DNA of 64,000 nucleotides from Aggregatilineales bacterium (GCA_038328375.1 JBBQLX010000011.1:1283-65282), one strand, 5' to 3'. Shown: positions 28,688-37,784, numbered from the stretch's first letter. The notes: generated by a model from the letters alone, not told the origin. A program made the numbers and translations.

Positions 28688-29473
28688 ATGAGTTCTCAAA
28701 ATCCTACATCATCAGATTCTAGCGGCGCGCTCGTGCCAGCCGTCATTTTGTTTGGGGGCTTGACATTGCTCTTGCTTGGATTGCTGGCTTCACGTCCAAA
28801 TGTTGCGCCTGTAAAGATTAATGAAGCGTCTTCAACTACATCTCAGGCTTCGGCTGTTCCAACGACAGTCGTGGCAGAAGCCACCGAAGTTGCTCAGACT
28901 GTGGCTGTTGCGCTTGATCCCGCAAAAGTAAAGGCTGGTGAAAATAGTTTTCAGACGATTTGCGCGGCCTGTCACAATTTTAACGCGATGGGTATACCGG
29001 GAATGGGTAAGTCGCTGATCGGAAGTACATTTGTTAACAGCCAGACGGACGATGAACTATTGGCCTTCTTGCAAGTAGGACGACCAATAACTGATCCACT
29101 TAATACAACCGGCGTGCAGATGCCTGCGCGCGGTGGTAACCCGAACTTTACGGATGATAAGCTGATGGAAATCATCGCTTATATTCGCAGCTTAAATGAA
29201 GGTAAGAGTGAAACCAGTGCTGATGCAACCGCTGTTCCTGCGCCTACAAGCGATGCAGTGAAAGCAACAAGCGCACCCTTTACACAACTTGATTTAAGTG
29301 GGTTGACTGTTCCGACCAGTATATCCGGTGGAGACACAGGGGCAACGGGTGCAGATGCTACGGCTGAGCCAACATTAGCACCAACTGCTGAAGTCGCCGC
29401 AACCAATGTGCCGTTTGCAGCACCTGATTTAAGTGGGTTGGCTGTTCCAACCAGCATATCCAGTGGTAGCTGA
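28688..29473 (+). CDS. Membrane-anchored monoheme cytochrome c with Ala/Thr/Pro-rich repeated tail
   Basis: CAACH heme motif, MPARGG axial Met, N-terminal TM. Confidence 0.85.
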   Translation: MSSQNPTSSDSSGALVPAVILFGGLTLLLLGLLASRPNVAPVKINEASSTTSQASAVPTTVVAEATEVAQTVAVALDPAKVKAGENSFQTICAACHNFNAMGIPGMGKSLIGSTFVNSQTDDELLAFLQVGRPITDPLNTTGVQMPARGGNPNFTDDKLMEIIAYIRSLNEGKSETSADATAVPAPTSDAVKATSAPFTQLDLSGLTVPTSISGGDTGATGADATAEPTLAPTAEVAATNVPFAAPDLSGLAVPTSISSGS

Positions 29474-29603
29474 TCTTTCGATGGGCGGATCAAGAATTCT
29501 TGATCCAGAAGTTTCGAATGCCGACTGATCCAGCATCGCCAATTATTTTGGCTGTTTTCGACAGGGAATGAACCTGTCATATGGGCAAGAGGGTGGGTGT
29601 TTA

Positions 29604-30077
29604 TTACCCGCCCTTTTGATTCCCGTTTTCCATACGCTGTTTAAGGACTTTGGCACGGTGCTGCTGAACGGCTTTGGCTTGGTTGACCACGAAACGGCTG
29701 AACAGCGCGGGAGCGTTTGTGGTGATGGTTTCGGTGACAGTTGTTCCATCGGTCTGTTCTTGTAGGTCAAAGACGAAACGCACCGTGATGTTCATGCTGG
29801 ATTGAACATCGGAGATAATCTGCCGGTTGGTTTGGGCGAGTGTCATGACCACGTTTAAGGGATTGGGATAGGTGATGAAACCCAAGAAGCGAAACACTTC
29901 GACTGTTTTGTAAGTAGCGATGCGCTGGTGATGTTCGTTAACGCCCTCTTTAACATCAGATATTTTTCCAACGAGTGGTGAGAGTCCGACATAATTCATC
30001 GGTACGGCGAGATGCTCATAAATTTTAGAGGCAGGTGCTTGAATGACGTAGACATGTTGGAAAGTTTGAGTGGTCAT
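29604..30077 (-). CDS. SRPBCC (START/polyketide cyclase-like) protein
   Basis: IQAPASKIYEHL N-terminus, TTVTETI; start refined to ATG 30077. Confidence 0.65.
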   Translation of the reverse strand: MTTQTFQHVYVIQAPASKIYEHLAVPMNYVGLSPLVGKISDVKEGVNEHHQRIATYKTVEVFRFLGFITYPNPLNVVMTLAQTNRQIISDVQSSMNITVRFVFDLQEQTDGTTVTETITTNAPALFSRFVVNQAKAVQQHRAKVLKQRMENGNQKGG

Positions 30078-30087
30078 AATCGCCTTC

Positions 30088-30885
30088 CTAATCATTCATG
30101 TGATAAGCATCGCGGATAAGACGTTCGGTGAGCCAAGCGGGAAGCAGGCGCTGCATCCAAGGAACCCAGAATTCCTGCCCGCTGGTTACGGTGTAACGCA
30201 GGCGTGGTTTCGGGTTTGTGACGGCTTGAAGGACGACACGAGCGACTTTCTCTGGCGGAGGGCCATTTAGAACATTGGCATCATGAACGGCGGTGACCCG
30301 TTCGCGGATGCCATCATAGGCGTTGATGGGATTGGAATGTGGCACGGCGACAATACCTGTTTGAATATCACCCGGTTCAATCAGCGAAACATGAATGCCA
30401 AACTGCCGCAATTCATAACGGAGGGAGGTGCTGTAACCTTCGAGGGCGTGTTTGCTGGCGGCATAGATGCCCAAGTAGGGTACACCTATAATACCTGCCA
30501 AGGAACTGATATTGATGATGTGTCCGCTGGCTGCCTGACGCATATAAGGCAGGACAGCGTTGGTCATGCGAATAACCCCGAAGAAGTTGGTTTCAAATAA
30601 ATGGCGGACATCCTCAGCGATGGCTTCCTCAACTGCACCGGATAAGCTGTGTCCGGCGTTGTTGACCAGTACATCAATGTGACCAGCTTGGGTGATGACC
30701 GTTTGGACACAGCGCTGAACCGAGTCCTCATTGCGCACATCGAGTTGGAGCAGCGTAAAGCCATTGAGTGTGCTGGTTTGCGGCTGACGACCCGTGCCAA
30801 AAACGGTGTATCCCTGTTGGGCGAGTAAGGTGGCGGTGGCTAACCCGATGCCGCGAGATGCGCCTGTGATGAGAACGGTTTTCAT
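30088..30885 (-). CDS. Short-chain dehydrogenase/reductase
   Basis: TGASRGIG, NNAG, YAASK. Confidence 0.92.
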   Translation of the reverse strand: MKTVLITGASRGIGLATATLLAQQGYTVFGTGRQPQTSTLNGFTLLQLDVRNEDSVQRCVQTVITQAGHIDVLVNNAGHSLSGAVEEAIAEDVRHLFETNFFGVIRMTNAVLPYMRQAASGHIINISSLAGIIGVPYLGIYAASKHALEGYSTSLRYELRQFGIHVSLIEPGDIQTGIVAVPHSNPINAYDGIRERVTAVHDANVLNGPPPEKVARVVLQAVTNPKPRLRYTVTSGQEFWVPWMQRLLPAWLTERLIRDAYHMND

Positions 30886-30929
30886 GGGCAATTATCCAAA
30901 AGTGTTTATTGCACAAACTGCACATTATG

Positions 30930-31105
30930 TAATTTTCCCGCTGAAATGACAGGCGGGAAGCCCGCGAGAAGCCGCTGAATCGACACAAAATTCAGCGTGG
31001 TAGCTCGGCTGATGCCGCTGAGAGCCGCGAATAGCTCCCGTATGTCCGCCGCGTCGCAATTGTCGCAACTGCATAGCGGATATGAGGGAGTGATCCGCCG
31101 AATGT
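30930..31105 (-). repeat. Element Y, copy B
   Basis: Inverted homolog of 20632-20795. Confidence 0.8.
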
Positions 31106-31164
31106 GCAAAGACGAAAGACTCAACGCAAAGGGGCAAAGAGGCAATGACGCAAAGAAAATATAA

Positions 31165-31337
31165 AGGAACGTTAAACACGATGACTCCGAGGCACAATGA
31201 CACTAAGATAAGAACAGCATAGCAGAAAATAGGAGGCGACGGGTTACATTTTGGAAGACCATTTTGTAACTCTTTTGAGGAGTCGGCATTAACCAAAATG
31301 AGGGAAAATTGTGATGTCGTTGGTTGGAGACTGGTTT
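31165..31337 (-). repeat. Element X, copy B
   Basis: Inverted homolog of 18421-18595. Confidence 0.7.
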
Positions 31338-31412
31338 AGAGACCGTTAGTGAGGTTTGTGATTTCTAACAGAAGAGGCAGAGCATTTAGACTCCGCCTCA
31401 TCACAATTTGGT

Positions 31413-31757
31413 TTAGCCAGCAGCGATAGAAGTCTCGGCTGTCTTTTCAGAAAGTGTGCCTTCGGTGGGGCGGGTGTAGAAGGCGATTTGGTCAGTGATG
31501 AATTCGTAGGTCGGTTTGGGATCACGGTAGACCCAAGCGACGTTTTGAGCTTTAGTGCCATCGGGGGTTTCGAGGTCGATCCAATAGCAGACACCCTTAT
31601 AAGGGCAGGTGTAAGTGCGTTCGGTCACTTTGAGATGCTGCATATTAACGGCTTCGGGCTTGTAGTACCAGTTGCCCTCAAAAACACGAACGGCATGATT
31701 GTCTTCTGCGCTAGCAATAATTTCACCGCTAAGACGTTCTTTTACGACGAAGGCCAT
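31413..31757 (-). CDS. DUF427-like protein
   Basis: FEGNWYY, TCPYKG, NVAWVYRDP. Confidence 0.8.
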   Translation of the reverse strand: MAFVVKERLSGEIIASAEDNHAVRVFEGNWYYKPEAVNMQHLKVTERTYTCPYKGVCYWIDLETPDGTKAQNVAWVYRDPKPTYEFITDQIAFYTRPTEGTLSEKTAETSIAAG

Positions 31758-31849
31758 GAGATAAAGTTACTCCACTGATGATTGAAGACGATTTACTTAA
31801 TCATAGACTTCAATTCTAAAGCGAACCTTACGTCTGGCTTAAGGTCTTA

Positions 31850-32653
31850 TTACAAACATGAAGATTGTAAAACGCTATAACGGTTGGCTGTGCCGCCTTG
31901 TCCATCAGCACGGAAGGTTTCAATCTCAGTGAGTCCGGTGGCTGCAACCAGCGCATCATGCTCGGTATCATCGGTGTAATGGCAATAGCGCAAGCTGACC
32001 GCACCACGCCGCCAGTCGAGCAAATAGTCGTTGGCTTCAACGTGCAGATCATCCGACCAAGGGGTGACACGTTCACGAAAACGCTCATACTCATAGAAGC
32101 GCCATGCGGTAAAGACCAGCAATCCGCCGGGTTTGACACGCGCCGCGAGTTGGCTCATGAAGGTTTGACGTTGGGCATAGCCGGGGATGTGGTGGAGTAC
32201 ACCGAGCAGAACGACCAGATCATAGTCACCCGCATCGGGCGGATTTTCGATGATGTCGCGCTGTTCGAGGGTGAAGGTGAGGTTATCTTTGCCTGTGAGC
32301 GCGGTTCGGGCGTGGTCAAGCAGTGCAGGGCTTGAGTCAAGGCCGGTGTAGGAGAGCGAAAGTACCGGGTGTCGAGTACCGAGTACCGATTCAGAAGGGA
32401 GAACTGAGTCGGGGGGAAGTGTTGAGTCAGAGGTTGGCTCAGTAGGGAGAGTTAATAAGTTGTCATGCAGGAAGAGGGCGAAACGGGCGTTGCCACAGCC
32501 CACATCTAAGACTGATAAGGGTGTGGTGAGGTAAGGCAGAAGGCGTTTCCAACCGGGCCATGCTGTGCCGCGCGTTTGGTCAAAGTCGTCGGCGACGGTG
32601 GCATAGAAGGCATGATTGATGGCATTCAGGCGGCTGACGGTTGAGCTATCCAT
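31850..32653 (-). CDS. Class I SAM-dependent methyltransferase with low-complexity insertion
   Basis: VLDVGCGNAR, GVLHHIP, KPGGLL. Confidence 0.85.
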   Translation of the reverse strand: MDSSTVSRLNAINHAFYATVADDFDQTRGTAWPGWKRLLPYLTTPLSVLDVGCGNARFALFLHDNLLTLPTEPTSDSTLPPDSVLPSESVLGTRHPVLSLSYTGLDSSPALLDHARTALTGKDNLTFTLEQRDIIENPPDAGDYDLVVLLGVLHHIPGYAQRQTFMSQLAARVKPGGLLVFTAWRFYEYERFRERVTPWSDDLHVEANDYLLDWRRGAVSLRYCHYTDDTEHDALVAATGLTEIETFRADGQGGTANRYSVLQSSCL

Positions 32654-32889
32654 ATTCCGATTGTAGCAAGCCTAGACCGTGAAACAAATCGCCAAGTTAC
32701 AAGAGAGCGCCAAGGCGTTTTTTAGAATAATGTAAGGGATAGGTAAAAATACCTCACAGTTTATTCCGATTGGGATACGCTGGTGGTTTTGGATAGGCTG
32801 TTGTCTCTAAGGTTGGTTAGGCATAAATGCGGCTTGCATGTAGACTTTAGATGGCGAATAGGTTGATTAGATGAGGAAGGGCAAACGCA

Positions 32890-33291
32890 ATGGTCACAGT
32901 CAAGCGGATTGATGCGGTGTCGGCGATGCGGGTGGGTGCTTTTATGTACGCAATCATGTTTACGGTGTTTGCGCTGTTGTGGATTTTATTCCAGAGCCTG
33001 ATTCTAAGCGGGCTTAATTCGCTGGCAAGCAGTTCGTCGTTTTCGGTGAACGGCATCCCGCAGTCGGGGCTAAGTGGTAGTTCGCTAGCCGCGGCAGGGT
33101 TAGCCGGCTGTGCATGTGGATATCTGGTGGGTGTGGTTTGCTCGGCGATTGGTGGCGGTATTTTTGGATTGATGGCGGCCTTCTCTTATAATCTGGTTGC
33201 GAATTGGTTCGGTGGGCTGCGGGTGCGGGTTGATGCTGATGTACTGCCAGAAAAGGCTAAACGGGAGACTTTAGACCAACTGATGCAATAA
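32890..33291 (+). CDS. Small membrane protein (DUF3566-like)
   Basis: VKRIDAVSAMR...YNLVANWFGGLRV pattern. Confidence 0.6.
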   Translation: MVTVKRIDAVSAMRVGAFMYAIMFTVFALLWILFQSLILSGLNSLASSSSFSVNGIPQSGLSGSSLAAAGLAGCACGYLVGVVCSAIGGGIFGLMAAFSYNLVANWFGGLRVRVDADVLPEKAKRETLDQLMQ

Positions 33292-33363
33292 GGTGCATAT
33301 TGTGAGGGTGGAACGAGTAGGGTACTATCTCGGTAGGAACTTGATCAGGTTGGGAGTAGTTAT

Positions 33364-34353
33364 TTGACACACGCACTCATTACAGGCGGGGCAGGCTTCG
33401 TAGGCAGCCATCTCGCGGAACGGCTGCTCAAGGCCGGACAGACCGTTACCATTATTGATAACCTGACCAGCGGACAATATGCCAACATTAAACAGTTGGA
33501 GAAGAATCCCAATTTCCATGTGGTGATTGAGGACATCCGTAATGCTCAGGTGATGGACCGGCTGGGCAGCGAGTGTGATGTTATTTATCATCTGGCGGCG
33601 GCGGTCGGTGTTGAGAAAATTATCAGTCAGCCAATCGACACCATCGAAATTAATATTGGTGGGGCGGAAGTTGTGTTGCAAACGGCGCGGCGCTACCGCC
33701 GAAAAGTGCTGCTGGCTTCGACCTCGGAAGTTTATGGTAAAGGGGTGCGCTTTCCTTTCAGCGAGGATGACGACACACTGATGGGGCCAACGATCCGCAA
33801 CCGATGGAGCTATGCAGCCACCAAAGCGATTGACGAATTTTTGGCACTGGCATACCATAAAGAAGTTGACCTGCCGGTGGTTATTTTCCGGCTGTTTAAC
33901 ACGGTCGGGCCGCGCCAGAGTGGACAGTACGGAATGGTGCTGCCACGCTTTGTGCAGTCGGCGTTGAGTGGCAAGCCCATTCGCGTCTACGGGGATGGTG
34001 AACAATCCCGCTGCTTCGGTAATGTGTACGATGTGGTCGAGGCGATTTACGGCTTATCCGAGTCTCCAGCGGCAATCGGGCAGGTGATTAACATTGGCAG
34101 CCAAGAAGAAGTCAGCATCCTTGAACTGGCGAATCGGGTGAAGACACGGGCGGGCAGCTCATCGGATATTGTGTTTATTCCCTATGAGCAAGCCTATGAG
34201 ACTGGCTTCGAAGACTTCCGGCGGCGTGTGCCGAGTATCAGTAAAATTCAGTCTATGATTGAGTGGGAACCAACCACCCAACTGGATGAAACCATTGACC
34301 AGATCATCCACTACTACAGGGAGAAAATGAACGATGGCGGAAATATCACGTAA
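33364..34353 (+). CDS. NAD-dependent nucleotide-sugar epimerase/dehydratase
   Basis: GGAGFVG, ASTSEVYG, YAATK, RLFNTVGPRQ; TTG start. Confidence 0.9.
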   Translation: MTHALITGGAGFVGSHLAERLLKAGQTVTIIDNLTSGQYANIKQLEKNPNFHVVIEDIRNAQVMDRLGSECDVIYHLAAAVGVEKIISQPIDTIEINIGGAEVVLQTARRYRRKVLLASTSEVYGKGVRFPFSEDDDTLMGPTIRNRWSYAATKAIDEFLALAYHKEVDLPVVIFRLFNTVGPRQSGQYGMVLPRFVQSALSGKPIRVYGDGEQSRCFGNVYDVVEAIYGLSESPAAIGQVINIGSQEEVSILELANRVKTRAGSSSDIVFIPYEQAYETGFEDFRRRVPSISKIQSMIEWEPTTQLDETIDQIIHYYREKMNDGGNIT

Positions 34354-34783
34354 GGACCTTGTGCTGGCTTTGATTGGGGCGGGTACCAACCCACGCCTTG
34401 CCGGTGTCGATATGAGTGCGTTGGATATGACGCGCTTGAATCTGGAAGGTGCGAATTTGCGCGGTGCGAACATGATGGCCTGCACCTGCCGCGAAACCAT
34501 TCTGCGCTCCACCAATATGACAGGTGTGGATTGCACCACGGCGCAAATGCCGTTCGCCGATTTTAACAACTCGACGCTGTTGGGGACGAACTTTAGCGGT
34601 GCAAACCTGACGGGCGCACGTCTTTCCGGCGCGAACCTGACCAATGCCGTGCTGAACAGCGCCAACCTACAAGGGGCGAATCTGCAAGGCGCGAATGTCA
34701 GCGGCTTGAAGTTCGATGAAAAGACCACATGGCCTGACGGTAAGAAGGGCAGCGCAGGCGTACCGTTGGACTACACCAAGTAA
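34334..34783 (+). CDS. Pentapeptide repeat protein
   Basis: A(N/D)L-type pentapeptide run (GANLRGANM...ANLQGANLQGAN). Confidence 0.88.
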   Translation: MAEISRKDLVLALIGAGTNPRLAGVDMSALDMTRLNLEGANLRGANMMACTCRETILRSTNMTGVDCTTAQMPFADFNNSTLLGTNFSGANLTGARLSGANLTNAVLNSANLQGANLQGANVSGLKFDEKTTWPDGKKGSAGVPLDYTK

Positions 34784-34886
34784 GTTTTAATCCCTAATTT
34801 GTGTAAGTTCTGAAAAGCGCGAATCACTCGCGCTTTTGTGATTCCCCTCCGAGTAACTCCCTCCAAAAAATATTGCTGATTGACTA

Positions 34887-34935
34887 TTATCATTATTGAG
34901 AATAGTATGATTGTGACCGTTATCAATATTGAGAA
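34887..34935 (+). promoter_or_regulatory. Two imperfect palindromic operators TTATCA(T/A)TATTGAGAA
   Basis: Copies at 34887-34902 and 34920-34935 upstream of the HTH gene. Confidence 0.55.
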
Positions 34936-34945
34936 TGGATCGTTA

Positions 34946-35488
34946 ATGGCGAGAAGCAATGCTGATCTTATTTTGCATCCGGCGCGGCTGCGGATTATGA
35001 CCGAACTAGGTGGGCGGCAGATGACACCACGCCAACTGGCAACCGCACTGCCAGATATTGCACAAGCAACGCTTTACCGGCATATCAAGGCGCTGCTGGA
35101 CGCTGGCATTTTGGAAGTGGTCGGTGAGCAGGACGTGAATGGTTCTATTGAGCGCACTTACGCCGTTGTGAAAGGGGCGGGTCAACTTTCAATGGAGGAA
35201 CTACAGTCGCTTTCTGCTGAAGAACATCTGCGATACTTCACGATTTATGCAGTCAAGCTGATTGATGATTTCGCAACCTATCTTCATGATGCCAATTTGG
35301 AAATGGTTGGTCGGGATGGCATGTCTTACAGCACGGCCTCCATTTACCTCAATGATGCGGAACGGGCGCAGTTTCAGCAGGAAGTCGTCGCGCTCATTGG
35401 GCGGGTGATGTCGAACCAGCCTGCGCCTGACCGGAAGCGCTACAACCTGTCCTCGATTGTTATTCCCGATGGGAAGGATTCATTATGA
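34946..35488 (+). CDS. ArsR-like winged-HTH regulator (HTH_20 type)
   Basis: ILHPARLRIM, QATLYRHI, ERTYA; start refined to ATG 34946. Confidence 0.85.
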   Translation: MARSNADLILHPARLRIMTELGGRQMTPRQLATALPDIAQATLYRHIKALLDAGILEVVGEQDVNGSIERTYAVVKGAGQLSMEELQSLSAEEHLRYFTIYAVKLIDDFATYLHDANLEMVGRDGMSYSTASIYLNDAERAQFQQEVVALIGRVMSNQPAPDRKRYNLSSIVIPDGKDSL

Positions 35489-36270
35489 GTTTAACTGTAC
35501 GTAAGGCAGGTTCCGCGACTGCGCCGACGATTGTGTTTTTGCACGGTTCGGGTGTGAGCAGTTGGATGTGGGAGGAGCAGATTAAGGCGCTGCAAAGTGA
35601 TTATCAATGTTTGGCAATTGATCTTCCGGGGAATGGCGAGAGCTACCAAACCGAATGGGTTTCATTTGCCGACACAGCCGATCAAATCGCGGCGATTATT
35701 CGGCAGTCGAGTACAAACGGAAAAGCCCATGTGGTGGGCTTGTCGCTGGGTGGCTACACCGGACTGGTTCTGCTGCAAAATCATGCCGATGTGGTTGAGT
35801 CGTTAATCGTTAGCGGGGTTTCTTCAAAACCGTTTCCGAGTCTGTGGCGCTGGCGCATTATGCTGGGCATCATGCAACCGTTGATGAAGTTGGACGCGTT
35901 CATCAACTTGCAGGCGAAAATGCTCCATATTCCGGCTGATGCTGCGGTCTTATATAAGCGGGATAACAAACGCATGTCGAGTCAGGGGTTTCACCGCATC
36001 TATAACGAAGTCCTGACTTTTTCACTGCCTCCATTCACAGACGGGCAGGGTGTTCGCCTTCTGGCAGTTGCCGGAGATGGTGAAAATCTGATGATTAAGG
36101 ATGGTTTAAGAGACTTTGTAAACCATGGACAAAATACGATGGCAGCACTCGTTCCGAACGCGCATCATGGTTGGACGGGCGAACATCCGCAACTGTTTAC
36201 CGATATGGTTAAGGCTTGGGTCCAACAGAAACCTTTGCCCGCTGAGTTGATCCCGATCAAGTCCAGCTAG
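35485..36270 (+). CDS. Alpha/beta hydrolase
   Basis: FLHGSG, IDLPGNG, GLSLGG nucleophile elbow, NAHH. Confidence 0.88.
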   Translation: MSLTVRKAGSATAPTIVFLHGSGVSSWMWEEQIKALQSDYQCLAIDLPGNGESYQTEWVSFADTADQIAAIIRQSSTNGKAHVVGLSLGGYTGLVLLQNHADVVESLIVSGVSSKPFPSLWRWRIMLGIMQPLMKLDAFINLQAKMLHIPADAAVLYKRDNKRMSSQGFHRIYNEVLTFSLPPFTDGQGVRLLAVAGDGENLMIKDGLRDFVNHGQNTMAALVPNAHHGWTGEHPQLFTDMVKAWVQQKPLPAELIPIKSS

Positions 36271-36482
36271 GCGAGAAGCATCTTAATTTAGCCTTCGCAG
36301 ATGTAATGAAAGAGCGCACGACATTTTTGTCCGCGCTTTTTTGTTTTCTTAACATAAATCGGAGGTTTGACTACTTGCGTTGAAACATTAAATTCTGTTA
36401 AAATATGTTAAGGTTCGTTTAACAACTATCGGTAATGCGTCGCAAAACCGGATAGAGAATATTCCTCGGAAGGAGTATGCAC

Positions 36483-36911
36483 ATGAACACCGCACTCTCC
36501 CGCCTTTTGGCGGCTAAAGTTGCAGAGTTAATCGAAATGGCAAGCATATTCCAATCCTGCTATGGCAAGGATTACCGCATGAAACCGGGAAGCCCGCAGC
36601 AGGCTTGGGACTTGTATCAAGCCATGCTCAATCAACAAACGGCGATTGCCCGCTTGTTGGATGTGGACGCGCTCGAAGACCCGGCACAACGCCTGCCACA
36701 ATGGTGGAAGTGGCAAGAGACCATGGACACCGGAATGGTCGCGCAAATGGCCCAAGAGACCTATCATCTGATCGCCTGCTGTGCGAGTTTTGAGGCCAAC
36801 CCGACTGCTAACACATCGCCGGTTATCAGTTGTTCACAACGCGTGATCGCCGGAATGCTGCATCCCTCAACTCGTATGGTGGCAATGGGCGAGATGGCAA
36901 AGGCTTCATAG
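36483..36911 (+). CDS. Hypothetical protein
   Basis: Strong RBS AAGGAG, own promoter region and terminator. Confidence 0.7.
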   Translation: MNTALSRLLAAKVAELIEMASIFQSCYGKDYRMKPGSPQQAWDLYQAMLNQQTAIARLLDVDALEDPAQRLPQWWKWQETMDTGMVAQMAQETYHLIACCASFEANPTANTSPVISCSQRVIAGMLHPSTRMVAMGEMAKAS

Positions 36912-36945
36912 ACCCCTGCTCGATTGGTCATATGGACATTGAACG

Positions 36946-36973
36946 AACGCCGGACACCTGTTCCGGCGTTTTT
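36946..36973 (+). terminator. Intrinsic terminator
   Basis: AACGCCGGA-cacctgt-TCCGGCGTTTTT. Confidence 0.7.
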
Positions 36974-37055
36974 GATGTAGAATTCTTACGTAATGTGGTG
37001 TAAGTTTTATAATGATGATATTTTCTATTGTTAGCGTTACCACCTTAGCTGTTGA

Positions 37056-37661
37056 ATGAGTTTGACCATGATGCCTGATGAAAACCTCACTCTGATTGAT
37101 AACACCCCCAGCCGTGCAGATGCGGTCAAAAACCGTGCTTTATTGTTGCAGACCGCTAAACGCTTGTTCACGGAACAGAGTGCAGCCGTGGTGACGATGT
37201 CGGCGGTGGCTGATGCGGCAGGGGTGGGTAAAGGCACACTTTATCGCCACTTTGAAAATAAGCTGGAACTCTCGATGGCACTGCTGGACGAAGACCAGCG
37301 TGATCTACAAGACCGTACCTTAAAGCACCTGCGTGACGCGAGTGATCGTTTGCAGGCTTTGAAGTGGTATATCGGTGAGGTGCTGCAATTTACCGAACGT
37401 AACAGTGAGTTGTTGTGCGTCAGTGGCGGCGAACACGGGCCAATCGGTTCACTGGCACATCCGGCTCATTGGTGGTGGCGGACGACCATACGGGGTTTGG
37501 TCGCACAGGTTAACCCGACCTGTAATGCCGATTATATAGCCGACTCGATCTTCGTTTTGTTGGATGTGCATAACGTGTATTTTCTACGAACCGAGCGCCG
37601 CTACAGTCTGGAGCAGGTGACGACCAATATGCAGGAAATGGTCGAACGAATGCTCGCATAA
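37056..37661 (+). CDS. TetR/AcrR regulator
   Basis: RADAVKNR, VADAAGVGKGTLYRHF. Confidence 0.92.
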   Translation: MSLTMMPDENLTLIDNTPSRADAVKNRALLLQTAKRLFTEQSAAVVTMSAVADAAGVGKGTLYRHFENKLELSMALLDEDQRDLQDRTLKHLRDASDRLQALKWYIGEVLQFTERNSELLCVSGGEHGPIGSLAHPAHWWWRTTIRGLVAQVNPTCNADYIADSIFVLLDVHNVYFLRTERRYSLEQVTTNMQEMVERMLA

Positions 37662-37753
37662 ATGGACTTGAGTCCGTTTCTAACATTTTTCTAATAGACA
37701 ATCTCAGACTAAAGTTGTATTCTTATCTTCAGTAAACGGACTACAGTCCACTT
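37660..37753 (+). promoter_or_regulatory. Two palindromic operators GGACT-N2-AGTCC upstream of yceI
   Basis: AAATGGACTTGAGTCCGTTT (37660-37679) and AAACGGACTACAGTCCACTT (37734-37753). Confidence 0.7.
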
Positions 37754-37784
37754 AAGCACACAACTTGATAAGGAAAACACAACT

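Noticed and set aside
30930-31105. Element Y as a hammerhead ribozyme, attC site or group II intron fragment
   Set aside because: No CUGAnGA/GAAA core, no RYYYAAC...GTTRRRY ends, no domain V motif.
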